NCBI GenBank assembly: GCA_964016885.1 | Contig: OZ024741.1 | Span: 140,244,001-140,308,000, forward strand | Length of the DNA: 64,000 nucleotides | Reading direction: 5' to 3' | From: Eledone cirrhosa | Lineage: Eukaryota | Shown here: positions 25,007-39,200 of the stretch, in pieces | Numbering within the stretch: position 1 is the first letter of the stretch | Layout of the letters: each line of letters starts with the position of its first letter | Notes under the pieces: model-generated | What the model was told of the DNA's origin: nothing | The model's input: the letters and a program-made list of their open reading frames with translations, nothing else | The model's database searches: none | Position numbers and translations under genes: made by a program

Positions 25007-28000
25007 TGAAGAAAATAAGAATGAAGAGAGAAGCAGGCGGACGGACAGAGAAGAGGGTGGAAAAACTAAAACTAAAAAAACAAAAACTAAGTCAGACATT
25101 CGATCACTACATTACAATGAAACATATGCTTATTCTTTTTTGGGGCCCTTTCTGCCTGTGTGTTTGTTTGTTTATGTGTGTTCGTATACAGCGTGGTGAT
25201 AATGCCACACAAAGGCCAAGTGGAATGGCGGATCCACAGATGGCTATGTAACCATACATTCGCCAATCCTCGATAAGAATGTTTAAATATCGAACATAAA
25301 CAGTTCGAATAACGGTGAAATGGAGACTAGAACGTCATGTGACAGACTCTCACCCAACAGGTGCCCCCTGGCTCAGCAGCAGAAACCTGACTGTCAACCA
25401 AATACTGCTGATTTAGGAGGAAGAAGAAGAAGGAAAGGGGCCAGAACCAACTGGACTAAAGAATTGAATAGAACTGTTATGCAATGTTAGCTGAAAAGTA
25501 ACCCCAGGGAGAGGGGCTACAGGAGACGGATGCATAACATCTGGAACGAGATTGGTCTATTTAAATTAGATGAACAAAAATTGGCCGGGCAGGCTCGGGT
25601 AATAAGAACTAATGGGTGGATAAGCGAGATGGAACTGGAGGAACTGAGCAGAGAGAATGGCTTGGAGATGTCGGGTGTAGTATGCCAGACAAGCGAGCCA
25701 GTGGGAAATGAAGGTGAAGAGGTCCTGAGAACGGAAGAACCACCCGAAGCAGACAATGATCTGAATACTGAGATAAATAATACCTGCAACAGAGATACGG
25801 CCACTGAGGAGATGAATGCTGACGGGCTAGGACAAGATTCGGTTGACATCCTAAATTTAGTGGTAGATGAATTGAACAATGATAGTGGGAGACCTATGAA
25901 CCTAAGATTTGTAGACAGGAAAAAGTTAAAAGAAACAACAGTTAAGGTAAAAAAAGTCATCCCATACCTTGAGGCGAGGAGCCTTCACCAGTGCAACAAT
26001 ATCCTCAAAGCAACAGCAAATACGGTGAGGAAACTACTTGGTATAAAAGCGAGAGGAAACAACAGACAAGAAAGAGCAGAGCCGTGGTGGAAGAAACGAC
26101 TGAGTGGTCAAATCGGGGAAATGAGAAATGACATAGGAAAGCTTGAGTCACTACTGAATGGGACACTAAAAAACATAGGCACTAAAAATAGACTGGAAAT
26201 AAAGTACAAAACTAGGAGGAAAAAGCTAAATATTATCATAGAGGAACTGAAGCATCGCATTGTAGCAAAGAGTGCAAAAATGAGGCGATACGAGAACAGA
26301 GTCAGTCAGTATAAACAGAACCGCATGTTCGGCAACAACCAGAAGATGCTGTTTGGACAGCTTGAGGGGAAAGAAAGAGGCAACGACTTGATCCCTGGGG
26401 CGGAGCAAACTAAAACATTCTGGAGAGGAATATGGGAGCAGGATGTTAGACATAATGTCCAGGCAGGGTGGATTGAGACAGTACAGAGGGAGATCGGTTA
26501 GCAGGCACACCAACAAACTGATTTGAGTATCACAGTTGAAACTCTTAAGGGGCAGGCCAAAAAATTAACCAACTGGAAATCACCAGGCCCAGATGGTGTG
26601 CAGGGGTATTGGATTAAAAATTTAACATCCCTCCACCCGAAGCTGACGGCCATGTTCAATGACTGCTTGGTGTCGGGTGAGGTGCCAGAGTGGTTGACAA
26701 AAGGTACCACAGTTCTGATAATGAAAGACCGAATCAAGGGTAATGATGTTACCAACTATAGACCTATCACATGTCTCTCCGTAATGTGGAAACTGTTGAC
26801 GAGCATTGTGTCTGAGGAAATCTACCATCACCTCCACACAAACAACTTGTTACCGGACGAACAGAAAGGATGCCGAAAGAAGTCACGTGGTACAAAGGAC
26901 CAGTTACTTATTGATAAGATGGTAATGGGGAATTGCAGGAGGAGACACACTGATCTCGCCATGGGATGGATAGACTACAGAAAGGCATTTGACATGGTGC
27001 CTCATTCTTGGATCACCAAAAGCCTGGAGATCTTCAGGGTGGCAGATAACATCAGACAGTTGCTGGGCAGGAGTATGGGGTCCTGGAAGACAGAGTTGAC
27101 ATCAACTGGAGTATCCTTGGGAAGCGTGAAGATCAAGAGAGGTATCTTCCAGGGAGATAGCCTGTCCCCTCTGTTGTTTGTCCTTGCCCTGATGCCCTTG
27201 ACCATTATGCTGCGAAAAGTGAGAGCAGGATACAAGTTGGGAAAGGGAGAGCTTACCATCAATCACCTCCTCTTCATGGACAATCTTAAGCTCTTCGGGA
27301 AAAGTGAGAAGGAGTTGGATGTGCTTGTTGACACTGTCCGTATTTTCAGCAGTGATATATGTATGCAGTTTGGTATTAGTAAATGTGGAGTCATTGTGAT
27401 GAAGAGGGGTAGGTTGAGCAGAAGTAACGGGATCCAGATACCAACAGGTGAGATGATAAAGGAAATTGACTCTGAGGAAGGATACAAGTATTTGGGCGTT
27501 CTGGAGGCTGATGGCATAAAGAACAAAAAGAAGAAGGAATTGTTAAGAACTTAATACATTCGGAGAGTAAGGAGCGTATTGAAGTCACATCTGAACAGCA
27601 GAAATGCCACAAGCGCAGTCAATTCCCGAGCTGTGTCTATTATTAGGTACAGTGCGGGAATTCTGAGATGGAATGTTGCTGAACAAAAAGAAATGGATAG
27701 GAAGACTAGGAAGCTATTGACTATCTACAACATGTTCCACAAGAGGAGTGATGTCGATAGACTCTACCTAAGGAGATCTGAGGGTGGAAGAGGTCTTATC
27801 AGCATAGAGGACTGTGTTCAGATGGAGAAGAGCAACCTATACAAATACGTGACCTATAGTAAGGAGCCAATGCTCAGAACTGTACTGAAGGAGGGGACAG
27901 TAGGCCAGGGGATGTTCAAGGAGGAAATAACATCAAGGAGGAAGAGCAGCCTTAAGGGAAAATCCCTTCATAGTACCTTCTTTGAGAAAACTGAATTTAG

Positions 28001-28790
28001 AGATCCACAGACATGGAACTGGTTGAGAAGAGGAGACCTCAAAAAGCCTACAGAAGGAATGCTAATGGCTGTGCAGGATCAGGCCCTCAAAACGAAGTGG
28101 TTGAAGCACCATATCTACAAGGAAGAGGCTAGCCCACTGTGCAGGATCTGTGGAGAGAGAGAGGAGACTGTGGCTCACATTGTGTCCGAGTGTAAACACC
28201 TAGCCCAGACCCACTATAAGGGCTGGAGACACGATGTGATGGGCAGGGTGATCCACTGGCACCTGTGCAAAGTAAACAATTTACCACATTCTGAGAAATG
28301 GTATGAGCATAGGCCAGAGGCGGTGATGGAGAACAATCAGGTGAAGGTGCTGTGGGATTTTAGGATACAGGCGGACAAAAAACTGGAACACAATGGACCT
28401 GACCTGGTGGTTGTGGACAAAGAAAAAAGATCGTGTCTGATTGTGGATGTGGCCTGCCCGTTCGACACGAGAGTGCAAGAGAAGGAGAGGGAGAAAATTA
28501 ACCGATACCAGGACCTAAAGTGGGAGGTGAAACGGATTTGGAACTGCCATGAAGTCAAAGTGATCCCGATTGTCATAGGCGCACTGGGGACTATCTCCAA
28601 AAGTTTCCAGGGATGGTTAAAGAAAATGGCCCCTTCACGCTTTTTGGAACGCTTCAAAAGGCATGCTTGCTTGGAACAGCAAGAACCCTCCGATACGTCC
28701 TGAATATCTGAGGCTGCAGGTAGTGGCTTGATATTCAATCCAACGGACTTTCCAGTTAACCAACATCAATGACTGAGATTCAAGGAATAA
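25007..28790 (+). mobile_element. R4-A retrotransposon copy 1 (partial 5' UTR, disrupted ORF)
   Basis: KSPGPDG, YRPITCL, FQGDSLSP, HLLFMDN (catalytic D to N), CRICGEREETVAHIVSEC, PDLVV..DVA. In-frame stops near 25488, 26499 and 27552. Confidence 0.95.
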
Positions 28791-28794
28791 CAAC

Positions 28795-28827
<33 letters not shown>

Positions 28828-28832
28828 CATAA

Positions 28833-31800
28833 TAAATATCGAACATAAACAGTTCGAATAACGGTGAAATGGAGACTAGAACGTCATGTGACAGACTCTC
28901 ACCCAACAGGTGCCCCCTGGCTCAGCAGCAGGAACCTGACTGTCAACCAAATACTGCTGATGTTGGAGGAAGGAGAAGAAGGAAAGGGGCCAGAACCAAC
29001 TGGACGATAGAATTGAATAGAACTGTTATGCAATGTTACCTGAAAAGTAACCCCAAGGAGAGTGGCTACAGGAGACGGATGCATAACATCTGGAACGAGA
29101 TTGGTTTATTTAAATTAGATGAACAAAAATTGGCCGGGCAGGCTCGGGTAATAAGAACTAATGGATGGATAAGCGAGCTGGAACTGGAGGAACTGAGCAG
29201 AGAGAATGGCTTGGAGATGGCGGGTGTAGTATGCCAGACAAGCGAGCCAGTGGGAAATGAAGGTGAAGAGGTCCTGAGAACGGAGGAACCACCCGAAGCA
29301 GACAATGATCTGAATACTGAGATAAATAATACCTGGAACAGAGATACGGCCACTGAGGAGATGAATGCTGACGGGCTAGGACAAGATTCGGTTGACATCC
29401 TAAATTTAGTGGTAGATGAATTGAACAATGATAGTGGGAGACCTATGAACCTAAGATTTGTAGACAGGAAAAAGTTAAAAGAAACAACAGCTAAGGTAAA
29501 CAAAGTCATCCCATACCTTGAGGCGAGGAGCCTTCACCAGTGCAACAATATCCTCAAAGCAACAGCAAATACGGTGAGGAAACTACTTGGTATAAAAGCG
29601 AGAGGAAACAACAGACAAGAAAGAGCAGAGCCGTGGTGGAAGAAGCGACTGAGTGGGCAAATCGGGGAAATGAGAAATGACATAGGAAAGCTTGAGTCAC
29701 TACTGAATGGGACACAAAAAAACATAGGCACTAAAAATAGACTGGAAATAAAATACAAAACTAGGAGTAAAAAGCTAAATATTATCATAGAGGAACTGAA
29801 GCAACGCATTGTAGCAAAGAGTGCAAAAATCAGGCGATACGAGAACAGAGTCAGTCAGTATAGACAGAACCGCATGTTCGACAACAACCAGAAGATGCTG
29901 TTTGGACAGCTTGAGGGGAAAGAAAGAGGCAACGACTTGATCCCTGGGGCGGAGCAAACTAAAACATTCTGGAGAGGAATATGGGAGCAGGATGTTAGAC
30001 ACAATGCCCAGGCAGGGTGGATTGAGACAGTACAGAGGGAGATCGGTGAGCAGGCACAACAACAAACTGATTTGAGTATCACAGTTGAAACTCTTAAGGG
30101 GCAGGCCAAAAAACTAACCAACTGGAAATCACCAGGCCCAGATGGTGTGCAGGGGTATTGGATTAAACATTTAACATCCCTCCACCCGAAGCTGACGGCC
30201 ATGTTCAATGACTGCTTGGTGTCGGGTGAGGTGCCAGAGTGGTTGACAAAAGGTACCACAGTTCTGATAATGAAAGACCGAATCAAGGGTAATGATGTTA
30301 CCAACTATAGACCTATCACATGTCTGACCGTAATGTGGAAACTGTTGACGAGCATTGTGTCTGAGGAAATCTACCATCACCTCCACACAAACAACTTGTT
30401 ACCGGACGAACAGAAAGGATGCCGAAAGAAGTCACGTGGTACAAAGGACCAGTTACTTATTGATAAGATGGTTATGGGGAATTGCAGGAGGAGACACACT
30501 GATCTTGCCATGGGATGGATAGACTACAGAAAGGCATTTGACATGGTGCCTCATTCCTGGATCACCAAAAGCCTGGAGATCTTCAGGGTGGCAGATAACA
30601 TCAGACAGTTGCTAGGCAGGAGTATAGGGTCCTGGGAGACAGAGTTGACATCAACTGGAGTATCCTTGGGAAGCGTGAAGATCAAGAGAGGTATCTTCCA
30701 GGGAGATAGCCTGTCCCCTCTGTTGTTTGTCCTTGCCCTGATGCCCTTGACCATTATGCTGCGAAAAGTGAGAGCAGGATACAAGTTGGGAAGGGGAGAG
30801 CTTACCATCAATCACCTCCTCTTCATGGACGATCTTAAGCTCTTCGGGAAAAGTGAGAAGGAGTTGGATGTGCTTGTTGACACTGTCCGTATTTTCAGCA
30901 GTGATATATGTATGCAGTTTGGTATTGGTAAATGTGGAGTCATTGTGATGAAGAGGGGTAGGTTGAGCAGAAGTAACGGGATCCAGATACCAACAGGTGA
31001 GATGATAAAGGAAATTGACTCTGAGGAAGGATACAAGTATTTGGGCGTTCTGGAGGCTGATGGCATAAAGACCAAAAACTGAAGGAATTGTTAAGAACTG
31101 AATACATTCGAAGAGTAAGGAGCGTATTGAAGTCACATCTGAACATCAGAAATGCCATAAGCGCAGTAAATTCCCGAGCTGTGTCTATTATTAGGTACAG
31201 TGCGGGAATTCTGAGATGGAATGTTGCTGAACAAAAAGAAATGGATAGGAAGACTAGGAAGCTATTGACTATCTACAACATGTTCCACAAGAGGAGTGAT
31301 GTCGATAGACTCTACCTAAGGAGACCTGAGGGTGGAAGAGGTCTTATCAGCATAGAGGACTGTGTTCAGATGGAGAAAAACAACCTATACAAATACGTGA
31401 CCTATAGTAAGGAGCCAATGCTCAGAACTGTACTGAAGGAGGGGACAGTAGGCCAGGGGATGTCCAAGGAGGAAATAACATCAAGGAGGAAGAGCAGCCT
31501 TAAGGGAAAATCCCTTCATAGTACCTTCTTTGAGAAAACTGAATTTAGAGATCCACAGACATGGAACTGGTTGAGAAGAGGAGACCTCAACAAGGCTACA
31601 GAAGGAATGCTAATGGCTGCGCAAGAGCAGGCCCTCAAAACAAAGTGGTTGAAGCACCATATCTACAAGGAGGAGGCTAGCCCACTGTGCAGGATCTGTG
31701 GAGAGAGAGAGGAGACTGTGGCTCACATTGTGTCCGAGTGTAAACACGTAGCCCAGACCCACTATAAGGGCTGGAGACACGATGTGATGGGCAGGGTGAT

Positions 31801-32335
31801 CCACTGGCACCTGTGCAAAGTAAACAATTTACCACATTCTGAGAAATGGTATGAGCATAGGCCAGAGGCGGTGATGGAGAACAATCAGGTGAAGGTGCTG
31901 TGGGATTTTAGGATACAGACGGACAAAAAACTGGAACACAATAGACCTGACCTGGTGGTTGTGGACAAAGAAAAAAGAACGTGTCTGATTGTGGATGTGG
32001 CCTGCCCGTTCGACACGAGAGTGCAAGAGAAGGAGAGGGAGAAAATTAACCGATACCAGGACCTAAAGTGGGAGGTGAAAAGGATTTGGAACTGCCATGA
32101 AGTCAAAGTGATCCCGATTGTCATAGGCGCACTGGGGACTATCTCCAAAAGTTTCCAGGGATGGTTAAAGAAAATCGGCCCCTTCACGCTTTTTGGAACG
32201 CTTCAAAAGGCATGCTTGCTTGGAACAGCAAGAACCCTCCGATACGTCCTGAATATCTGAGGCTGCAGGTAGTGGCTTGATATTCAATCCAACGGACTTT
32301 CCAGTTAACCAACATCAATGACTGAGATTCAAGGA
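28833..32335 (+). mobile_element. R4-A retrotransposon copy 2, head-to-tail with copy 1
   Basis: Highly similar to copy 1. 5' end truncated just upstream of the ORF. TAA tracts on both sides. Confidence 0.95.
28869..32260 (+). CDS. R4/Dong-clade RT-RLE polyprotein, single -1 frameshift at ~31075
   Basis: 737-aa ORF (FMDD) plus 390-aa ORF (CCHC, RHD, RPD..D..E..K) separated by a 1-nt deletion in an A-run. Confidence 0.88.
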
Positions 32336-32370
32336 ATAACAACAACAATAATAATAATACTAATAATAAT

Positions 32371-32837
32371 AAGCAAATAGACCTGATATAATATTGAAGG
32401 TCTTTCAAAAGAGGATATGCCTGCTAATTGATATGTCTGTTCCAATAGACAAGAATGTATCTATAAAAACATTTGAAAAATTGAGCAAGTATAAGGACCT
32501 GGAGATAGAAATTGGAAAAATGTGGAAATTGAGAACTAAAACAATACCAGTGGTTGTAGGCGCTCTGGGAATGATACCTAAGGGGTCTAATGACTACTTA
32601 TCGCAAATCCCAGGAAACCCGCGTATAGGAGATATACAAAAGATAGTACTAATGGGAACTGCACATATACTAAGGAAGATTCTGTCAATATAAGTACATC
32701 ACAAGTCTAAACACTAAAGATGCATGTGTGAATATGTATGTTCTTTCTTGAACATGGCGGACCTTGTTGTCTCTTGAGGTCACTGGTTGTGACTTGGTCA
32801 TAACTCGTATGAACATAAAGCAAGATAAATGCAACTG
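32371..32837 (+). mobile_element. R4-B 3' fragment
   Basis: Matches 53727-54187 (NRPDIIL...ILRKILSI and 3' UTR). Confidence 0.92.
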
Positions 32838-32886
32838 TAATAATAATAATAATAATGATAATAATAAGAAGAAGAAGAAGAAGATG

Positions 32887-34543
32887 AAAAATGATGAACA
32901 ATTGCAAGGGCTATTATCCACTGTGGAGCAGTTCAGTGATGACATTAAAATGGAGTTTGGACTAGATAAATGCGCCAAAGCAACGTTCACCAGGGGAAAG
33001 CTGCTGAAGAGTTCAGACATTAATCTTGATCGGGGGAACGTGATAAGAGAACTTGATCAAGAAAAAAATTACAAATATCTAGGTGTTTGTGAAGGAGACA
33101 GAATCAAGCACTCGACAATGAGGGAAAGGATAAGGAAGGAATGGACCGCAGAGTAAGAGCAATCTTAAGAACGGAATTGAATGCAAGGAATAGGATCGAT
33201 GCCATAAACACGCTTGCCATACCAGTAGTAACCTACAGTTACAATGTCATCAACTGGTCAAGCACAGAGATCCGTAGGCTCGATACAAAAATTCGAAAAT
33301 TCTTAACCATGCACAGAATGCATCACCCTAAGATAGAATATATCTCCCTAGGAAAGAAGGAGGACGTGGGTTTATCCAGTTAGACATTGCGTTGAAAACT
33401 GCAACAATTGGATTATCTACATATCTAAGGGAATCACATGATTGGATGATCAAACTCGTTTTGAAACACGAAAGCATCAAAAGATCATATTCCATTACAA
33501 AAGATGCACAAAGATACAGTAATGGACTACAAATTTCAGAAGTCCCATTTACTGCTGAAATGGAAAACACAGAAAAAGCAAAGCAGGTAAAAGTAACTGC
33601 AAAGAAAGAACTGCTACAGAAACTGGCTAAGAAATGGCAAGAAAAGCCTCTGTATGGAAAATACCCAGAGCGAGCTAACAATCCTGATGATGACAAAACT
33701 TTAACCCATCAGTGGTTGGCATCCTCTGGACTGAAATCGGAGACGGAACGACTGATTATATCAGCACAAGATCAGTGTCTGCCAACAAAAAATTACCAAG
33801 CCAACATAATAAAAAATGGATGCAGCCCATTATGCCGTGTATGCAAAAAACAACAAGAGACAATTGACCATATAATTTCAATGTGCAGTCCTATAGCTCC
33901 AACCGAATACCTAAACAGGCATGACAGAGCTGCACAATACATACATTGGATAATGTGTAAGCATTTTGACCTGCCCCATCAAAAGAATTGGTGGGAGCAT
34001 CAACCACCTCCCATACTTGAAAAAGATCACATCTCAATCTTGTGGAACTTTAGCATCCAAACAGACCGAAAAATAGATGCAAATAGACTTAATATAATAC
34101 TGATGGATTTTAAAAAGTGGGTATGCCTGCTAATTGATATGTCCGTTCGAAAAGACCAGAATGTATCTATAAAAACATTTGAAAAATTAAGAAAGTATAA
34201 AAACCTGGAGATAGAAATTGGAAAAATGTGGAAATTGAGAACTAAAACAATACCAGTGGTTGTAGGCGCTCTGGGAATGATACCTAAGGGGTCTAATGAT
34301 AACTTATCGCAAATCCCAGGAAACCCGCGTATAGGAGAAATACAAAAGATAGTACTAATGGGAACTGCCCATATACTAAGGAAGATTCTGTCAATATAAG
34401 TACATCACAAGTCTAAACACTAAAGATGCATGTGTGAGTATGTATGTTCTTTCTTGAACATGGCGGACCTTGTTGTCTCTGGAGGTCACTGGTTGTGACT
34501 TGGTGATAACTCGTATGAACATAAAGCAAGATAAATGCAACTG
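32887..34543 (+). mobile_element. R4-B 5'-truncated copy
   Basis: Matches ~52525-54187. ORFs 32764-33156 and 33392-34399. Confidence 0.93.
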
Positions 34544-34569
34544 TAATAATAATAATAATAATAATAATA

Positions 34570-35231
34570 GGCTTGCCACAGTGTAGGATTTGTGGAGCGA
34601 GAGAGGAGACTGTGGCTCACATTGTATCCGAGTGTAAACACGTAGCCCAGACTCACTATAAAGGCTGCAGACATGATGTGATGGACAGGGTGCTCCGCTG
34701 GCACCTATGCAAAGTAAACAATTTACGACATTCTGAGAAGTGGGCTGAGCATAAGCCAGAGTCGGTGATGGAAAACGATCAGGTGAAGGTGCTGTGGGAT
34801 TTTAGGATACAGACAGACAAGAAACTGGAACACAATTGACCCGACCTGGTGGTTTTGGACAAGGGAAAAAGATCATGCCTTATTGTGGATGTAGCCTGCC
34901 CATTCGACACGAGAGTACAAGAAAAGGAGAGGGAGAAAATTAACCGATACCAGGACTTAAAGTGGGAGGTAAAAAGGTTTTGGAACTGCCATGAGGTCAA
35001 AGTGGTCCCGATTGTCATAGGCACAGTAGGTACTATCTCAAAGAGTTTCCAAAGATGGTTAAAAAAAATTTGTCCCGCCCCGCTTTTTGGAACACTTCAA
35101 ATCGCATGCTTGCTGGGAACAGCAAGAACCCTCCAATACGTCCTGAATATCTGAGGCTGCAGGTAGTGGCTTGATATTCATTTCAACAAACTTTCCAGTT
35201 AAATAACATCAATGACTGAGACCCAAAGAAC
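34570..35231 (+). mobile_element. R4-A 3' fragment (zinc finger and RLE)
   Basis: CRICGAREETVAHIVSEC...; 3' UTR as in the other R4-A copies. Confidence 0.92.
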
Positions 35232-35240
35232 AATAATAAT

Positions 35241-35335
35241 AATTGTTTCTACATTAGGCACAAGGCCAGCAATTACCCAGTGCATTACTGGTACTTTAAT
35301 TTATCGACCCCGTAAGGATGAAAGGCAAAGTCAAC
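35241..35335 (-). mobile_element. SINE, 5'-truncated, inside a TAA tract
   Basis: Matches the 3' half of 61317-61493. Confidence 0.85.
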
Positions 35336-35983
35336 AATAATAATAATAATAGGGAAGTATACGCAGATGGTGGATATAAGCTTTTATATCTCGTAAGCTT
35401 TTGATTTTTTACATATTTAAAACAATTGTGATGGAATAATTCTTATTACAAATGTGACATAAGATAGCAGTTCCCACTCTCAGGAAGTGACAACGCATAA
35501 CATTATGGCATAGGGCTTCAATATTTAATATTTAATTTTGTATCAGAAATGTTATAGTCAAAAAAGAAAATGGTTTCAAATGGTCACAAATGGAATAAAA
35601 CAACAGCCATATAATTTCACCACCAACACCACCACCGCCTCCGCCGCCGCCACCACACTACCACAAAAGAATTAGCTATATACAATCCAACAGCTACAAC
35701 AACACCGTCACTACAGTACTACTATCCCATCACCGCCGTCACCACTGCATCATCGCTACCACCACTATTCCCTCACTACCTCCTGTTAAGAGAAGGATGT
35801 TAGTAGTGCCACTACACATGACTAGAAGCGAGGAAGTCACCATAAGATATAAATAGACTGATTTAGTGACCAGGTCAAAGAGCTAACAACAACACCATAA
35901 TAATCATTGTTGTTGTATCTCTAAACTCTCTCAAAATGTTTAGTTTAAACGATGTCAAATCTAAAATATAATATAATATTAAT

Positions 35984-36098
35984 AATTGTTTCTACTTTTG
36001 GCACAAGGCCACAATCACCCAGTGCATTACTGGTACTTTATTTTATCGACCCCATAAGGATGAAAAGCAAAGTTAACCTCGACGGGATTTGAACTCAG
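35984..36098 (-). mobile_element. SINE, truncated, in the R4-A 5' UTR
   Basis: Matches the SINE family. Confidence 0.85.
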
Positions 36099-36117
36099 AT
36101 CATAATATAATAATAAT

Positions 36118-36297
36118 AATCGTTTCTACTTTTGGCACAAGGCCAACAATTACCCAGTGTATTACTAGTACTTTATTTTATCGACCCCATAAGGATGAAA
36201 GGCAAAGTTAACCTCGGCGGGATTTGAACTCAGAATGGCAAGGGCCGTAACTCTATACGTCAAAGCATGGCGTCCGACCCTCTACCGATACTGCCAA
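36118..36297 (-). mobile_element. SINE, full length, tRNA-derived head
   Basis: Sense strand has TGGCAGTATCGGTAGAG (A-box-like) and GAGTTCAAATCCC (B box). TAA tracts on both sides. Confidence 0.88.
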
Positions 36298-39200
36298 AAT
36301 AATAATAATGATAAGCAACAAGTCGAAAAATCACAGAACAGAACACAGACAAACAAATGCAACAACAAAAGAAAAACAAATTTCAAAAGTTTTGAACCCC
36401 TAAATCCCTCGTAGCTAAAATCAAAAAGAGCAGCAGCAGCAACAACAGCACTAGTAACCGATATTACTGGCCTTGAAACACAAAAAGGGAAAAAAAAAAC
36501 AAAGTCCGACATTTAAACATTACAATGAAACTTATGTTTATTTTTTGAAGTCTTTATCTATTTGTTTGTTTATTTCAGCGTAATGGTGCCATGCTAAAAT
36601 CACCGGTGCTAATGTAACCATACATTCACCAATCCCCGATATGAGTGTTTAAATGTCGACCCTAAACAGTTCGAATAACGGTGAAGAGGAGACTGGAACG
36701 TCATGTGAAAGACTCTCACCCAGCAAGTGCTCCGTGGCCCAGCAGCAGGGACCTGGCTGCCATCCAAATAATGCTGGTGTTGGAGGAAGAAGAAGGAAAG
36801 GGACAAGAACTGACTGGACGAAAGAATTAGGAAACGGATGCATATCATATGGAATGAGATTGGTCTATTTAAATTAGATGAACAAAAATTGGCCGGGTAG
36901 TTTCGAGTAATAAGAACTAATGGGTGGATAAGCGAGGTGGAACTGGAGGAACTAAGCAGAGAGATTAAGTTGAAAATGGATAGTGGAGTAGGTCTGGCAA
37001 ACGAGCCAGTGGGAAATTAAGGTGAAGAGGTTGAAAGACCTGAGGAAGCATCCGAAGCAGACAATGATCTGTATGCTGAAATAAATAACATCTGGAACAA
37101 ATACACGGCCTTTGAGGAAATGAATGCTGACAGGCTAGAACAAGATTTGGTTGATATCCTGAACTTAGTGGTAGATGAAATGAACAATGATAGTGGAAAA
37201 CCTATGAACCTAAGATTTGTAGACAGGAAAAAGTTAAAGAAACAAGAGCTAAGGTAAACAAAGTCAACCCATACCTTGAGGCGAGGAACCTTCACTAGTG
37301 CAACAATATCCTCAAAGCAACAGCAAATGCGGTGAGGAAATTACTTGGCATAACATCGAGAGGAAATACAAACAAAAAAGATCAGAACCTTGGTGGAAGA
37401 AACGACTGAATGGTCAAATCAAGGAAATGAGAAAAGATATTGGAAAGCTTGAGTCCATAACTGAAGGGACATTACAAAACATAGACACTAAAAATAGATT
37501 GGAACTAAAGTAAAAAGTAGGGGGGAAAAAGCTAAATATTATCAAAGATGAACTGAAGCAACGCATTGTAGCAAAAAGTGCAAAGATTAGGCGGATGAGA
37601 GCAGAGTCAGTCAGTATAGACAGAACCGCATGTTTGACAACAACCAGAAGATGTTGTCTGGACAGCTTGAAGGGAAGGAAAGAGGCCAGGACTTGATCCC
37701 CGAGGCAGAACAGACTAAGGCATTCTGGAGAGGAATATGGGAGCACGATGTTGAACATAATAGTCAGGCGGTGTGGATTGAGACAGTACAAAAGGAGATT
37801 AGTGAACGAGCACACCAACAAACTGATTTGAGTATCACAGTTGAAACTCTTAAGAGGCAGGCCAAAAAATAACCAACTGGAAATCACCAGGCCCAGATGG
37901 TGTACATGGGTATTGGATTAAACATATAACATCCCTCAACCTGAAACTGACAACCATGTTCAATGACTGCTTGATGTCGGGAGAGGTACCAGAGTGGTTG
38001 ACAAAAGGTACTGAAAGACCGAATCAAGGGTAATGAAGTTACCAACTATAGACCTATCACATGTCTGTCCGTAATGTGGAAACTGTTAACATTACATCCA
38101 CATAAACAACTTGTTACCGGACGAACATAAAGGATGCCGAAAGAAGTCCCGTGGTACAAAAGACCAGTTACTTATATAAAATGGTAATGAGGAATTGCAA
38201 GAGGAGACATACTGGACTTGCCATGGGATGGATAGATTACAAAAAGGCATTCGACATGGTACCTCATTCTTGGATAACCAAAAGCCTAGAGATCTTCAAA
38301 AGTATGAAGTCCTGGAAAACAGAGTTTTACATCGGGTGGATAATCCTTGGGAGGCGTGAAGATCAAGAGAGGTATCTTCCAGGGAGATAGTTTTCCCCCT
38401 CTGCTGTTTGTCCTTGCCCTGATACCCCAGACTATTATATTGCGAAAAGTGAGAGCAGGATACAAGTTAGGAAAAGAGAGCTTACCATCAACCACCTCCT
38501 CTTCATGGACGATCTAAAACTCTTTGGTTAGAGCGAGAAGGAGGTGGATGTACTTGTTGACACTGTCCGTATTTTCAGCAATGATATATGTATGGAATTC
38601 GGTATTAATATGTGTGGAGTCCTAGTGATGAAGAGGGGTAAATTGAGCAGAAGCAACGGAATCCAGGTACCAACAGGTGAGATAATAAAGGAAATTGACA
38701 CTGAAGAAAGTTACAAATATTTAGGTGTTCAGGAGACAGATGACATCAAGAACAAAAGAATGAAGGAATTGATAAGATCTGAATCCATTAGGAGAGTAAG
38801 GAGCATAATAAACCACATCTAAATAGTAGGAATGTCATAAGTGCAGTGAATTTCCGAGCTGTGTCTATTATTAGGTACAGTGCGGGAATTCTGAAATGGA
38901 ATGTTGTTGCGCAAAAGGAAATGGATAGGAAGACTAGGAAGCTACAGGAAGTTCCACAAGAGGAGTAATGTCGTTAGACTCTACTTAAGGAGATCTGAAG
39001 GTGGAAGAGGTCTTATCAGCATAGTGGATTGTGTTCAGATGGAGAAAAACAACCTTCACAAATACGTGACAGACAGTAGGGAAACAATGCTCAAAATTGT
39101 ACTAAAGGTGAAGACAATAGACCAGGGGATGTCCATGCAGGAAATAACAACAAGGACGAAGAGCAAACTTCATGAAAAATCCCTTCATAGTATCTTCTTT

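Noticed and set aside
36230-36297. tRNA gene from A/B boxes in SINE heads
   Set aside because: No cloverleaf; boxes lie within a repeated ~180-bp SINE with tail and TSDs.
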